A stretch of 57,646 nt of DNA, the filler included, from Trichosphaerium sp. ATCC 40318 (taxonomy: Eukaryota > Protista > Tubulinea), in assembly GCA_038496445.1 (NCBI GenBank). It is 3 parts of 3 records of this genome, joined end to end, with 100 filler letters (N's around TTAATTAATTAA, not from the genome) between each part and the next. Parts side by side here need not be neighbours in the genome. Positions count along the whole stretch, not along the records: positions 23,360 to 44,865 come from JALMLS010000405.1; positions 44,966 to 57,646 come from JALMLS010000112.1; 1 more part is not named here. One strand, given 5' to 3'. The position numbers were made by a program, and so were the translations under genes. Positions within the stretch are counted from its first letter, which is position 1, and each line of letters starts with the position of its first letter. The notes beneath the pieces are model-generated. The model saw only the letters and a list, made by a program, of their open reading frames with translations. It did not search any database and had not been told where the DNA came from. Positions 39,667 through 51,257 of this stretch are shown here, one piece after another.

Positions 39667-40878
39667 TCAATTACGTTTATATATATGTTTTGTCCCAACA
39701 AGCGCTTTGATGCCTTCATTGGTTACTGGAGTATAGTTGAGGTAAATAGTATGAACGCCAACAAGTGCTTTAACACCTTCATCTGTTACTGAAGTGTTAT
39801 TGAGGTTAATAGTATGAACACCAGCAAGTGGTTTGACACCTTCATCTGTTACTAAAGTGTTATCGAGGTAAATAATATGAACACCAGCAAGTGCTTTGAC
39901 ACCTTCATCTGTTACTAAAGTGTTATTGAGGTTAATAGTATGAACTCCAGCAAGTGCTTTAACACCTTCATCTGTCACTACGGTACGATAAAGGCTAATA
40001 TAATGAACTCCTGCAAGAGCTTTGACACCTTCATCAGTTACTTTAGTATCGCCAAGGTGAATAGTATGAACACCAGAAAGTGCTTTAACGCCTTCATCTG
40101 TTACTGAAGTGCTATTGAGGTTAATTTTATGAACGCCAGAAAGTGCTTTTACGCCTTCATCTGTTACTGAAGTGTAACTGAGACAAATGGTATGAACGCC
40201 AGCGAGTGCTTTAACGCTTTTGGCAGTTACTAAAGCGTTGGAAAGACCAATAGTATGAACGCCAGCAAGTGGTTTGACACCTTCATCTGTTACTGAAGTG
40301 TTATTGAGGTAAATAGTATGAACGCCAGCAAGTGCTTTAACACCTTCATCTGTTACTGAAATGCTATTGAGGTAAATAGTATGAACGCCAGCAAGTGCTT
40401 TAACACCTTCATCTGTTACTGAAGTGTTATTGAGGTAAATAGTATGAACGCCAGCAAGTGCTTTAATGCCTTTGTCAGTTACTGAAGTGGATTCAAGTAC
40501 AATAGCATGAACGCCAGCAAGTGCTTTAATGCCTTCATCAGTTACTGTAGCACATTCGAGGTCTATAGTATGAACTCCAGCAAATTGTTTGATGCTGGTT
40601 TCGTCAAAATCACTTGAGCTAAGGTCTATCCAGGTGTTTTTCAGAATCCCACGATGTTTTACTACTGATTTTACTTGGTCTACAGTTTTAACCCTGATAG
40701 CGGTGTATCCGATAACGTCGTGAACAATAGAAGCGAATAAACGACAGGTTTGACAAGCTGCAAATCGTGATTTGAATGATGTTTGAAGCAAAATATGCGT
40801 TAATATCTCCGTAGGTAGATGCAACAAATTATTGCGTGCGATGTTGTCGATTGTATAACGCGTTGAAATAGGAAGCAT
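39667..40878 (-). CDS. F-box + leucine-rich repeat protein (about 14 x 21-aa repeats), single ORF
   Basis: F-box LLHLPTEILTHILLQT...CQTCR; repeats VTDEGVKALAGVHTIxLxxTx. Confidence 0.9.
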   Translation of the reverse strand: MLPISTRYTIDNIARNNLLHLPTEILTHILLQTSFKSRFAACQTCRLFASIVHDVIGYTAIRVKTVDQVKSVVKHRGILKNTWIDLSSSDFDETSIKQFAGVHTIDLECATVTDEGIKALAGVHAIVLESTSVTDKGIKALAGVHTIYLNNTSVTDEGVKALAGVHTIYLNSISVTDEGVKALAGVHTIYLNNTSVTDEGVKPLAGVHTIGLSNALVTAKSVKALAGVHTICLSYTSVTDEGVKALSGVHKINLNSTSVTDEGVKALSGVHTIHLGDTKVTDEGVKALAGVHYISLYRTVVTDEGVKALAGVHTINLNNTLVTDEGVKALAGVHIIYLDNTLVTDEGVKPLAGVHTINLNNTSVTDEGVKALVGVHTIYLNYTPVTNEGIKALVGTKHIYKRN

Positions 40879-41422
40879 TGTATATGGTTAAAATGTACTT
40901 TTATACGCCAATATCTAGAATGGAGGCGGTATGTGCTGCGAAAGGAGCGTTTAGGCTGTGATATTAAGGTACGAGTAAGTTAAGCAGCCTGTTCGTACAA
41001 AAAAAATTACGTAATTTTCTAAAACCCCTTGTTGACCAATGACAACTGAAACGTGCAACGTCACCATGATCAATATGCATGCTTTCCAAGTATTTCCACG
41101 AAGATATTCACAGCGAACTTTGACGAAATACACAAATGTATTTTTTGATTGTGTATTTCTCTGAATGTACTAATGCTTTTATCCTACAAGTAAGGCAACG
41201 TCTCTCTTACACGTATTCTCATCTTTCGTGCGCTTTAACGTTTCAACAACATTAATACTGCTACATTGGTTACCTATTCCAATAGTTTAAAAGTCAATTA
41301 GCACAAAATAAAACGCAAAAAGACGTTACAATGGTACTTATTGTCTTGTTTTGTTTTAGGCCTTTTTCTATGTCAACGCTTTTGAAACCAAGTTCACTCT
41401 TCAAACACTTTACTACATTGGT

Positions 41423-41800
41423 ATGAGAGGTGAAAGACCTCCTATTGGAACACTTCTCGTATCTATCAAGGGTGATCCGAGTTGTATCAATAACGTCGAA
41501 CCAGCAACACCAAAACAAAAAGTGGCTTCTTCACTATGTCGTATTACCACATGCAACGGCACAAATGGGCATGGAGATATCAAGAAGTTGTATGTAGAAA
41601 AGTCGTTCACATATGATGAATTGATGAAACACACTAATGATTCTCACGACTATCGTCAAATGATCAAGAATGTGCCTCAACTCATTCCAGGACCTGGTGG
41701 AAATCCAGGTGGATTGACAATCCTTGGTGGGAGAAAGCATATTACGATTGGACCCAATTCTGCATGTAACTCTAAAAACCAAATAAAACATATCTTCTAG
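41423..41800 (+). CDS. Hypothetical protein (probably 3' exon); partial inverted second copy at 44837-44865
   Basis: 125-aa ORF; 41746-41774 is the exact reverse complement of 44837-44865. Confidence 0.45.
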   Translation: MRGERPPIGTLLVSIKGDPSCINNVEPATPKQKVASSLCRITTCNGTNGHGDIKKLYVEKSFTYDELMKHTNDSHDYRQMIKNVPQLIPGPGGNPGGLTILGGRKHITIGPNSACNSKNQIKHIF

Positions 41801-42091
41801 TACTGATGTACGTTCATATCACATCGTGAAAGAGTGTACATCACGTGTATATTGTACCTTAATATCAGTCGATATGCTACTTACACATCACATGACTTCA
41901 CCATTTTACATGCGATGGTACCAACATAAGAAAACGTGTACTTAAGCAATTGTATTAAGTCTGTTTAAGAACAGTTTTGTCATTAAAGAATGACAATACT
42001 TACCGGTTAATTTCGCAGGTTAATTTCACGGGTAAATAGTATTTAAAACAACATCTCTTGTACTTCAATAGCAACGCAACAATCTTCAAAT

Positions 42092-42600
42092 ATGTCCCAA
42101 GATTGTACTGTAGAGGCCAGATTATGTAATGATGGGATATTTAAGTTACCTACCAAATTATTACACCAGATTATAGACCTTTCCGCAGCGGTATACGTAT
42201 TGTGGCCGCTACTTTGTTATCAAGCTGCTGTAACAAGTAGATTTACTTTTAACTTGGAGAAACATGGCAAATGGATTGGACATTGAATGTGTTCATTTGA
42301 CGAAGGAAAAATGGTAGGATCATACAAAAGTTGGTACACTAATGGCGTGTTGAAAGAAACTTGCTTTTATGTCAATGGAGTCCGTGAAGGAGAGAATATA
42401 GCTTACTATGGTTGTAATCCTTACATACGTAGGGGTCATAACGGTCAATATATTAAGCCCTTGAAGCCTTTGCTAAAGAGAAAGTGCTTTTTTAGGAACG
42501 GATTACTTCATGGCGAAGTAAAGAGATGGTACAACAATGGTCGACTACAAAGACATTGCTTTTACGTTGATGGTAAGCTAGAAGGAGAGTATAAAACCCT
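42092..42600 (+). pseudogene. F-box-like + MORN-variant repeat gene with an in-frame TGA
   Basis: IFKLPTKLLHQII, TGA at 42284-42286, then same frame: YKSWYTNGVLKETCFYVNGVREG, HGEVKRWYNNGRL..FYVDGKLEGEYK. Confidence 0.65.
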
Positions 42601-43275
42601 TTTCTTTTATTGTTCTTTTTTTAATTTAATTTGTAGATCGTTCAGTAATCTTATTTTAAGCTATTTCCGTCCTATTTGGAATAGGGCAAGTACCAAAATG
42701 ACTCCTTCCTCTGCAGAATCAAGTGTGTCTACTACAGAAACGCCCATGAATAATTTAATAAAACAGCAACAAGCAATACAAACTGTAGAATAAAAACGAC
42801 AAATGTAATTTGTGTCATTAGTACGTAATATGTGAAACACAGAGTATGCTATGATCAAGTTGCGAAGTCAGTTTTGATAATACGAACGTATCTCATAGTT
42901 GCAACATTCAAGCACTAGAGTGTAGGTGCATAAAAGCTCTTGGACAGCGCATGTAATCTCACATACTGAAATACGACTTCAGATCTTTTGTCTTTGTAGT
43001 CAAACTACAATTGCCAATCAGACCAGCGTGCTTACCTTTTCAAATATAACATTTCCAATAGCAACATGCACGCAGCACCAGCCAACAAGCTACTTTGACA
43101 CATCGAAATATTTCCGCACGTGATAAACCGACCTATGCCTCAAAGCACGTGTAGGAGAGGTCATCGAACAATTTTAGCAATTAACAAGGATACGAAACTA
43201 AGCCTCAGACAAAGCTCGAATTAATCAAAGCATGGCGAGGCTAAACGGTCATAAGCAATCCAGTGTTATTCGTAA

Positions 43276-44774
43276 ATGTCGTCAAGCACTTTCTTGTTAA
43301 CATTTGAAGCACTACCAAACGAAATGGAGTCAACAGCAAGGTCAGTATTGACAATACATCTTTCCAAACTCTTGATTGCTAAAACCACGCAACAGATACG
43401 AAAATGAACCCACACGCCTTGTGGATCTCCCACCAGAACTATTAGCAATGCTTTTGGAGAAAACAACCGATAAAACGCGCTTCACCGTTGTAGCTTGTTG
43501 TCTAACACTCTCATCTATTATTCATAACATTATTGGGTTTAAAAGAGCAAATCTAACCAGAGTGTCAATGGTTTCATCTGTCGTCAATGCCAGGCGTACT
43601 TAAGAACACGAGACTTAAAATAAACCTCAAGTTTCTTAAATACGATAAAGCCGTAGAAGCTTTAAAGTATATTGAAGGTGTAAAACACGTTGACTTGTCA
43701 CGTGGCATGGTAGTAGCTAAAGGACTAAAACACTTGTCCGGTGTTCATACTATTAGCTTGTCTTCAACAAAACTTAGTGGTTGGGGTCTAAAGTACTTGT
43801 CTGGCGTTCATGACATCAACCTTTCAAGTACCAAAATACGTGATCAACACTTAAAACATATATCTGGTGTCCATACAATAGATTTATCTAACACACGCGT
43901 AACAGAGTTAGCAGCACTTTCTGGAGTCCATACAATAGATTTATCTAACACACGTGTAACAGAGTTAGCAGCACTTTCTGGAGTTCATACGATTAACTTG
44001 TCACGTACAAAAATAAGTGGTTCTCAACTGACGCATCTTGCTGGTGTTCATACGATTGACTTATCTCTTACACAAGTCGAAGATGTAAGCGCTCTCGCTG
44101 GAGTCTACTCTATAAACTTGAGACGTACAAAAGTAACTGAAAGTGTAAAGGCATTGGCTGGTGTTCATACTATCAATCTCAATGACACTAAGGTAACTGA
44201 TGAAGGTGTTAAGGCTCTTGCTGGTGTTCATACTATAAGCCTCGCTTATACTAAGGTAAGCGATGACGGTGTAAGCGCTCTTGCTGGAGTTTATTGTATA
44301 AACTTGCGACGTACAAAAGTAACAGATGAAAGTGTAAAGGCATTGGCTGGTGTTCATACTATCAATCTCAATGACACTAGGATAACTGATGAAGGTATTA
44401 AAGCACTTGCTGGCGTTCATGAGATATCTCTGAATTGTACTAGAGTTACAAATGCCGGTGTAAAAGCTTTAGCTGGTGTTCATACAATTAATCTCAGGTA
44501 CACCAAGGTAACAGATGAAGGGGTACTTGCACTTATAGGTGTTAGTAATATACACCTTACAAAGACTGCTGTATCAGATGATGTAAAGAAAGCTGTTAAT
44601 GCCACAATCCATCAGTGGTATGTAGATAAAATGTTAACTTTCGGCACCTTTATTTTTTGTCAATTTTCTGTCAATGTGCTTTTTGATCACTTTGAATTTA
44701 TTGAATTTGGCGGGTACTGTAAAACACAGTGCTTCTCAATATTGTATTCATCCATGTTGACATATGTGATGTGA
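43276..44774 (+). pseudogene. F-box + LRR paralog with an apparent 1-bp frameshift near 43590 (or assembly error)
   Basis: F-box LVDLPPELLAMLL and LRRs lie in different frames; the paralog at 39667 reads VVKHRGILKNT continuously across the same point. Confidence 0.7.
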
Positions 44775-44865
44775 AAGTAATAGAAATATACAGTTTAGTG
44801 TGGTCTTTATTTGTGACTTTAATTACAAGACGTTTCTAGAGTTACATGCAGAATTGGGTCCAATC

Positions 44866-44965
44866 NNNNNNNNNNNNNNNNNNNNNNNNNNNNNNNNNNN
44901 NNNNNNNNNTTAATTAATTAANNNNNNNNNNNNNNNNNNNNNNNNNNNNNNNNNNNNNNNNNNNN
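44866..44965. other. Artificial contig linker
   Basis: N44-TTAATTAATTAA-N44. Confidence 0.98.
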
Positions 44966-45346
44966 ATGTACGGTACTCCTCAAGCAGAATATGCATGGAG
45001 GGTATACAGAAAAAACCATAGTAAGCTAAAATGAACAATCATTGTACTGACTGCTTAAAGAAAACCCTGTATTGCTTCTTGCAATATGCGCATTAGGTCA
45101 TCCTTATCCTGTAATACATAAGGACTTCAAGGATGACGGATTAATGGGAAAGTCTAATGTTGGAAGTCATGATTCTCACTGGGTTAGTAATATATTAGAG
45201 GAATCTATTCTAACCACATGTTGTAGGTTCCTATCACATCAAAGTTTAAACCTCCTGTTGACGAAAAAGAAAAGGTAATTTTCGATGAGATTGTATTATT
45301 CCAAGAGGCCAGTGTTCTTCCTTGTGCAATTTTCAGACCTTGCTAA
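44966..45346 (+). CDS. 3' end of a PARP/ADP-ribosyltransferase-like catalytic domain (cut by contig start)
   Basis: MYGTPQAEYA, LLLAICALGHPYP, HDSHW, DEIVLFQEASVLPCAIF. Confidence 0.65.
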
Positions 45347-48078
45347 TAAAGAAACAAGCAATCATATCTGACTTTGCTACTTAACTTGTTGCACGTGTTG
45401 TCAAAAGAAAAATAATCAAATACAAATAACAACCAACTACGAATATCAAGTATTGTTAACTTGTATAATATAGGTGAGAGATTCCAACCACAGTTGTGCC
45501 TTAACTTAACTAGCGATTAAGTTTGAGCTATTGTTTCCTCGTTTGGCCTCAACGCCATGAGCGCATTTACTGATAATAATACAACAGATGAGGAGATTGA
45601 TCTACCTCATAACAAGGAAGAAGATGTGGCTAGAAACATGTTACTTGGCACTTCACCCAATCAGCAGAAACATCTCAGTGAGCAGTTGTCTAAGCTAATT
45701 GGTAAAGATTCAGTGCTCGCAAACGACGATAGTGACGAAGAAACTGAATTAAGACGCGAAACCAGTCAAAAGGACCAAATCGTACAAATACACGCTTATG
45801 CCTTCGATTGACGTGGTTTTTAGGATATAAACGAGTTAGAGTTTGGCAACCTCGATTTTACGAGTACAAATATCGCAGATGACCTTAAAGGTTGACAGAG
45901 AGAAAATTTTCTAGTATCTAACTGTTTTGTTAACACGTAGATCTTGACGGTGGCTATATCGCTCAGTTTATGAATGACCCACTCGTAAAAGAGGCGTTAA
46001 ACGAGGTTTGGCTATTTTCTAAAATGTCCGCTCATTGTTTTTAGATAAACGACCTTAAATCGTACACACAACAAATATCTGATCGTTTGGCACAAACACA
46101 AAAACAATCGGTTGATGACTGTATCCAAAACAACCAAATTTCTTTTTTTCAAGCATTCCAAAAAATCGGACGAATTGTCTTTGTTACTAGCCTTAACAAC
46201 TAGATTTCTCACAGAGAGAGGAAATGGCGAAGTTGTATATTGATATGGGTGACTGTGACGATATACTTGGTCAGATGGAAACAATTATGGGTAAGTAAAG
46301 CTTGGTGTTTTATTTGAAAACTAGGGTTAAAACACAGCGTTTTTGAGCATTCATTTTTTTTTTTGTATTTTTATGACATTTTGACACGTGACAGCTGGTT
46401 TTCAAAAAGATCTTAGCACAATATCTGCGGATATAAAATATATGCAAGAAAGCGCAAGAGAAAGTGAGAAACGTTTGAGTAATAGACAAGTACGGTGAAT
46501 ATTCAAATCTGATTTTGTTCTTCTGTTTTAACTACAATATTTGATTTTTACTGTTTTGGTCAATCCGTTGTAGAACTACGCTTGTGCAACTAGTTGTATT
46601 TCATCAACGTTATTTACGATTACCTTGTCATAATGTATACATTTCTAGGAGGTTCAAAAAGATATCAGTAGATTTGTTAATGAGATCAATATGCCAGAGA
46701 ATCTACTGAAGTGCGTAACGCACAATTGTTGGTTTTTTTTTAAATATATGAATGTCTGTGTAATTAACATGTTGTATTTAGCGCTGTTGAGAATTTCCCT
46801 ATCAATGCAGAGTTTAGTCAATGGCTAGTTTTATTTGCGCAAAAAGTGTCTTATTATAAAGCTATTAAAGGTAAAAAAATACGCTCTGTAGATGGCCTAT
46901 CTAGGCGTATTACAATACTCACAGAAAAGGTTCGTTAAATCGTGACTCATTACTAACAACGTCGTAAATGATACCGTTTACAATTTTTACTAAACAGTCA
47001 CGTGATGCTGAGAAAAAAATCCAATAAGTTTTGAAAGGTTTGCTTCTGTTTTTTTTTGTTTACTTTTTTTGTAGACTTGTATACGTATTGAAAAGTGGGT
47101 CAGACAAAATTTGTTACAAGGTACAACAAACTTGGAGGAATTAAGGAGAGCACAAGCAAACTTATCAGAGATGAATTATATTTTTAAGTTCCTTGCACGA
47201 CACAAGAAAGTGGCAGCTTCTGCTGTACGTTTTTTTTTAGAGGTGTTTTTCCTAATTTTTTCGCGTTTCCAAAAGGCGCTCTCTAAGTCTATGAAACTCG
47301 CCCTGAAGCTTTACTTGTTTTTGTATTTCGTCCCTTGTTTCCTGGTTTAATTTCTTCAATAGATATTGTCGGAGTACATTGCTATTACTGATAAGATATA
47401 CACTCAGTATTTTAAGACAAACTACATTCGTCACATCTCTAAGCTTCATGTACTTATACATTTAATTTACTGTTGTTAAAACTTGCTAATAATATGCCTT
47501 AAGCTTGAACTGGCAGGAAAGCATGACCTTATTGCTGTAACCGAAAGCAAGATCCGCAGTATCCTTTAAACAAAATGCTTCAAAACGTTTTTTTTTGGAG
47601 TTCGCCCTCCTGGAGCAATTATAAGCCTTAACGATACCTTAAAGGTTTTTTTACACAAAAGATTAGTAAGAATAGAGCTAGTGTGTTTTCTCTTGCTTCA
47701 AGACAAAAGGTACAGTACCACTTCTTGTTTGTTTTTGATACTCATGTTGTTGTTTAAGGTTCTTAGTAACTTGGGTGCCGGTCTTCCTTTCCCAGATGTA
47801 ACACATGCTTATGCCAATAAGCTAAAATTCACATATGAAGAACTGTTCAGTGCTACAAATCACTTGCTAGTTACCATAGCTTCAGATGAAACTAGTTTTA
47901 CAAGAGTACGTACTTACCTTTTGTTAGTGTTTGGTTAACTTTTTTCTTTAGGACTTCTTTTCTTCAAGTGGCGTTTGTAATCGAATTTTTGCTGGCACTA
48001 TTGATTTATTCAGTGTACGTTTTTTAAACTATTTTTTCTTTTAATTCAGGCGTAAACATAATTTATCACGCACGTGAT
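44966..48078 (+). repeat. Left arm of a ~3.1-kb inverted duplication
   Basis: Reverse complement of 51258-54376; identical ORFs appear on opposite strands in the ORF track. Confidence 0.95.
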
Positions 48079-48391
48079 AATGAAGAATAGAGGAAACTTT
48101 TTTTTGCTGTTTCAAACTTTTTTTTCTGGAAAACCAGAAAGTGCTCACTTGTTAGTCTTGTTTTTTAGTTGTATGAAAACCAGAAAGTGCTCACTTGTTA
48201 GTCTTGTTTTTTAGTTGTATCTAACTTTTTGTATAGAATAGTGTTACGTCTGTAATAAGCCACAGTTACGATGCTATTGGTATTTTAACAAACCTATGTG
48301 TTACAAGATGTTATCAAAATATAATGACTGAAAGAAAAGAAGATGCTTTGAATAAGTACTTTGACTCTATGAGCTCCATCCTTTTCAGCCG
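45557..48391 (+). pseudogene. VPS52: Vps52 (GARP/EARP subunit)-like gene, 3'-truncated
   Basis: DPLVKEALNE, DLKSYTQQI, DCDDILGQMETIM, DLSTISADIKYMQ, RLSNRQ, SYDAIGIL...ALNKYF...LFSR; then meets the ZNFX1-like fragment head-on. Confidence 0.75.
48129..48220. repeat. Perfect 46-bp tandem duplication in a Vps52 intron
   Basis: GAAAACCAGAAAGTGCTCACTTGTTAGTCTTGTTTTTTAGTTGTAT x2. Confidence 0.9.
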
Positions 48392-48421
48392 GTACTACTT
48401 TTACTCCTTACAATCAACTAC

Positions 48422-51203
48422 TCAGTCCTTTATATTTTTTGATGTTCGTTGTAGATTTTTCTTTGGCTTTTTGCAGAAACCTAAAAAGCGAGTTAAGTCA
48501 ATAAACTTAAGCGATGTTCCTTACCTTGCTTTCCATATTGTAAATAGACGAATTCGTTGCTCCATATGCAAGTCTGTTAGATCATCTGTTGTTAATAATA
48601 TTGAGTCTTTTGCACCATTGCTTTTAACGTTCACAGATAGATTCGAGAGTCTTACACGTCTGTAGTCAACATGAGTTCTACGAGCAAGTTGCCTGTGTTT
48701 TTCGATTTCTTCAACTTCTTCTTCATCTATTTCTTCATGATCTTCCTTAGTTTTGAGATCATTCATATTAGAACTAATATACATCATTGTTTGAGTCGAA
48801 AAACCGTTTTAGTAAGACGCACTTTGGAGTCACGTGTGGTGATTGACTTTTTAAAATTTTCTTCAAACGTTTTGCAGGAATCCATTGTTTGAAGCCTTCA
48901 AACAAAGCGTTTCGCGTATTTTTCGTCAGATGATCTCTATCAACATCACCTACACTTAACTGCACAGTTGCGAGACTTCGTTTTTGTGCTATCGAAGCAG
49001 AAACCATAAAAATATCAAAATTTGAAGGGCTGGATAGCTTGTTAAAGTTAGTGGCAATCTTGGTCTCCAAAGTTCGTAGTGTATCTTTTGTGTTCATATA
49101 ATCGCTGTAAATATCACGATCCACTTTTCTAGAACTGAACAGAGATGTTTCCTTCTTGTATAGCATGTACGGTTCAAGAATCGGAAGCTGACAACTAAGC
49201 AAACATAAGTATTTTCAAAAGTAGAACTCATACCGTCCTCCAATACGCGTCATTGCCTTACAAAACTTTAAGCACGATGAAAGAAATTGATCCAAGCAGT
49301 GATTCTTGTAAGTTACAACAACAACAGGGCCATCAGGATTAGCACTTAAGATCATCTCTGTCAACTTCAACGCAACATATGTCTACATAAAGAATAAACA
49401 TTCTTGTAGCACGTAACCAAAAATTTTAGTACTACCTTTCCAGCGCCTGGAGGACCTTGTATGAGAGCGATAGGATTTTTCATTACATTGGCTATAGCTT
49501 CAAACTGTGTATCATCTACCAACGTGCTAAACTACTTGTTAAATCTATTACATTAATAAAGTTATACCAAACGTGTTTATAGCTTGGAAGCTGAGATGAA
49601 CGAATAATCATTGAATGCCCAGTGAGAGGTTTTATGTCTACTACACCTAAGTACTCAGGTATCTTTTCGTAAAATACACCTATGGGATTTATTATTTTCT
49701 AGTAGTACTACTTGAAACAACTTACCATCTACAAGAGACTCTGAGAAAGGTAAACTATCAGAGGAGAAATCAAGCAATCTTTTCAGTACGGGCTGATATG
49801 CTCTGTAATATGCTGGACTTTCTACCATAACAGCATTCTTCCATTTTGACATAGTTTCCAGGGCTTCATACGTGTCCATTTCTTCCACTTTGACTAGTAT
49901 CGTATCCTTTTCTATCACGCAATTGACATTAGATTTTCCTACAAGAACAAAGAAAAGTACGTACTTGGGTCTGGTTCCTTGTTTATTACTGTAGCATAGA
50001 CGACATTATCATCAAAAGTTCCACTTCCAGAAAAACATAACAGGTTCCCTTGCATCAAGCTTCTTCCCTTTCTCCAATCTTTGCGTGCTTTGTGCGCTTT
50101 AGCTGTTAAGGCAATACCATATCCGCGACAATGAGGAGCAAAATATACACCAGCAAGGTTTACGTTTGTAAATACTTTAATATCACGTGGATCATATTCC
50201 TATTTTTTAGCGTAAGTATATACCTGTATACTACTAATGTCAAGTCATACGGCAGCAAGAATATCTTCATGCCACGTGCAAGTGCAGTGAAGCAATCAGC
50301 TCGAAGTAATCGAAAATATGTATCCAAATATTCATCGGCGTCGTCATAAGGCCACTTGTTTTCACAATAGGTAGAGGCGTTTCTAAGATCGTCTCTTTGC
50401 CAATAAATTCTTCTAATAGTTGGAGTTAACACCACAACGGATAACAAAAGGACAGCTGAAATACCTTGAGCTGGAAATAACGACAGCTCGTGCCATTCCA
50501 AAAGTGACACGTGTTGAGTTGGAAGAATAGCCGAAACTAAATATTCAAGAACCTTGTTACCGCTTTCAGTATCAAGGCTCACCAACATCTCAAACAAAGG
50601 CATCACATTCCTGACATACTTGGGACAGTACTTTGCGAAAAGACCAAGAAATTCCCATAAATATTCTAACTCGCCACCCTGCTCTAATAAAGCAGCGTAT
50701 GGATATACTGAGGATTGACTAAGCAGTGAACTATCTACTGTCGCTAGACCTTCAAAGAGTTTACTTCGTCTAAAAAATAATAGTGGTGAGCCTGATTCAA
50801 CCTATAGCTGTACAAGTACCTTGATGTATCCTTTATTATTTGGAGCATTACAAAACATTTTCTTAGTACTATTGCAGTGACGGCAGAGTTCCATGATTTT
50901 GATACCATAAAGCCTTTCCAGACGTGCGGGAACTAGTGACATTAACAAAGAAAAAGAGGATACGGTGCATAAGAGAGGTGGTTACCTGAGTGATTAATGA
51001 AAAAACTTGAAGAGGTGTCTTTTTCATGAGGATATTACCGAAAGCTCTACAATCTTCAGCGGCCTGGCAACGCACCCAAGTAAGAGATTTAGCCAAAAAG
51101 AGCCTTGTGTTCTCGGTAACTACCGCTGATGATATTTCCTTTTTGGAGTAACTCACGTAATAAAGCTAAAGCGACAGGATCCAAAACATTAAAATTAGAA
51201 GCC
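48422..51203 (-). pseudogene. ZNFX1: ZNFX1-like (Upf1-type SF1) RNA helicase fragment, apparently truncated at both ends
   Basis: YDDADEYLDTYFRLLRADC, SLMQGNLLCFS, MVESPAYYRAYQPVLKRL, LPFSESLV, Walker A ALIQGPPGAGK|T, TYKNHCLDQFL, RIGGR. No motif II onward seen. Confidence 0.8.
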
Positions 51204-51257
51204 CTGGAAATAAAAAAAAATAATTAAAAAACACCAAACAAACCTTTGTCAAGAAAA

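Noticed and set aside
42284-42286. TGA reassignment or readthrough
   Set aside because: TGA ends other apparently intact genes here (20681, 30893) and Trp is encoded by TGG; a nonsense mutation is simpler.
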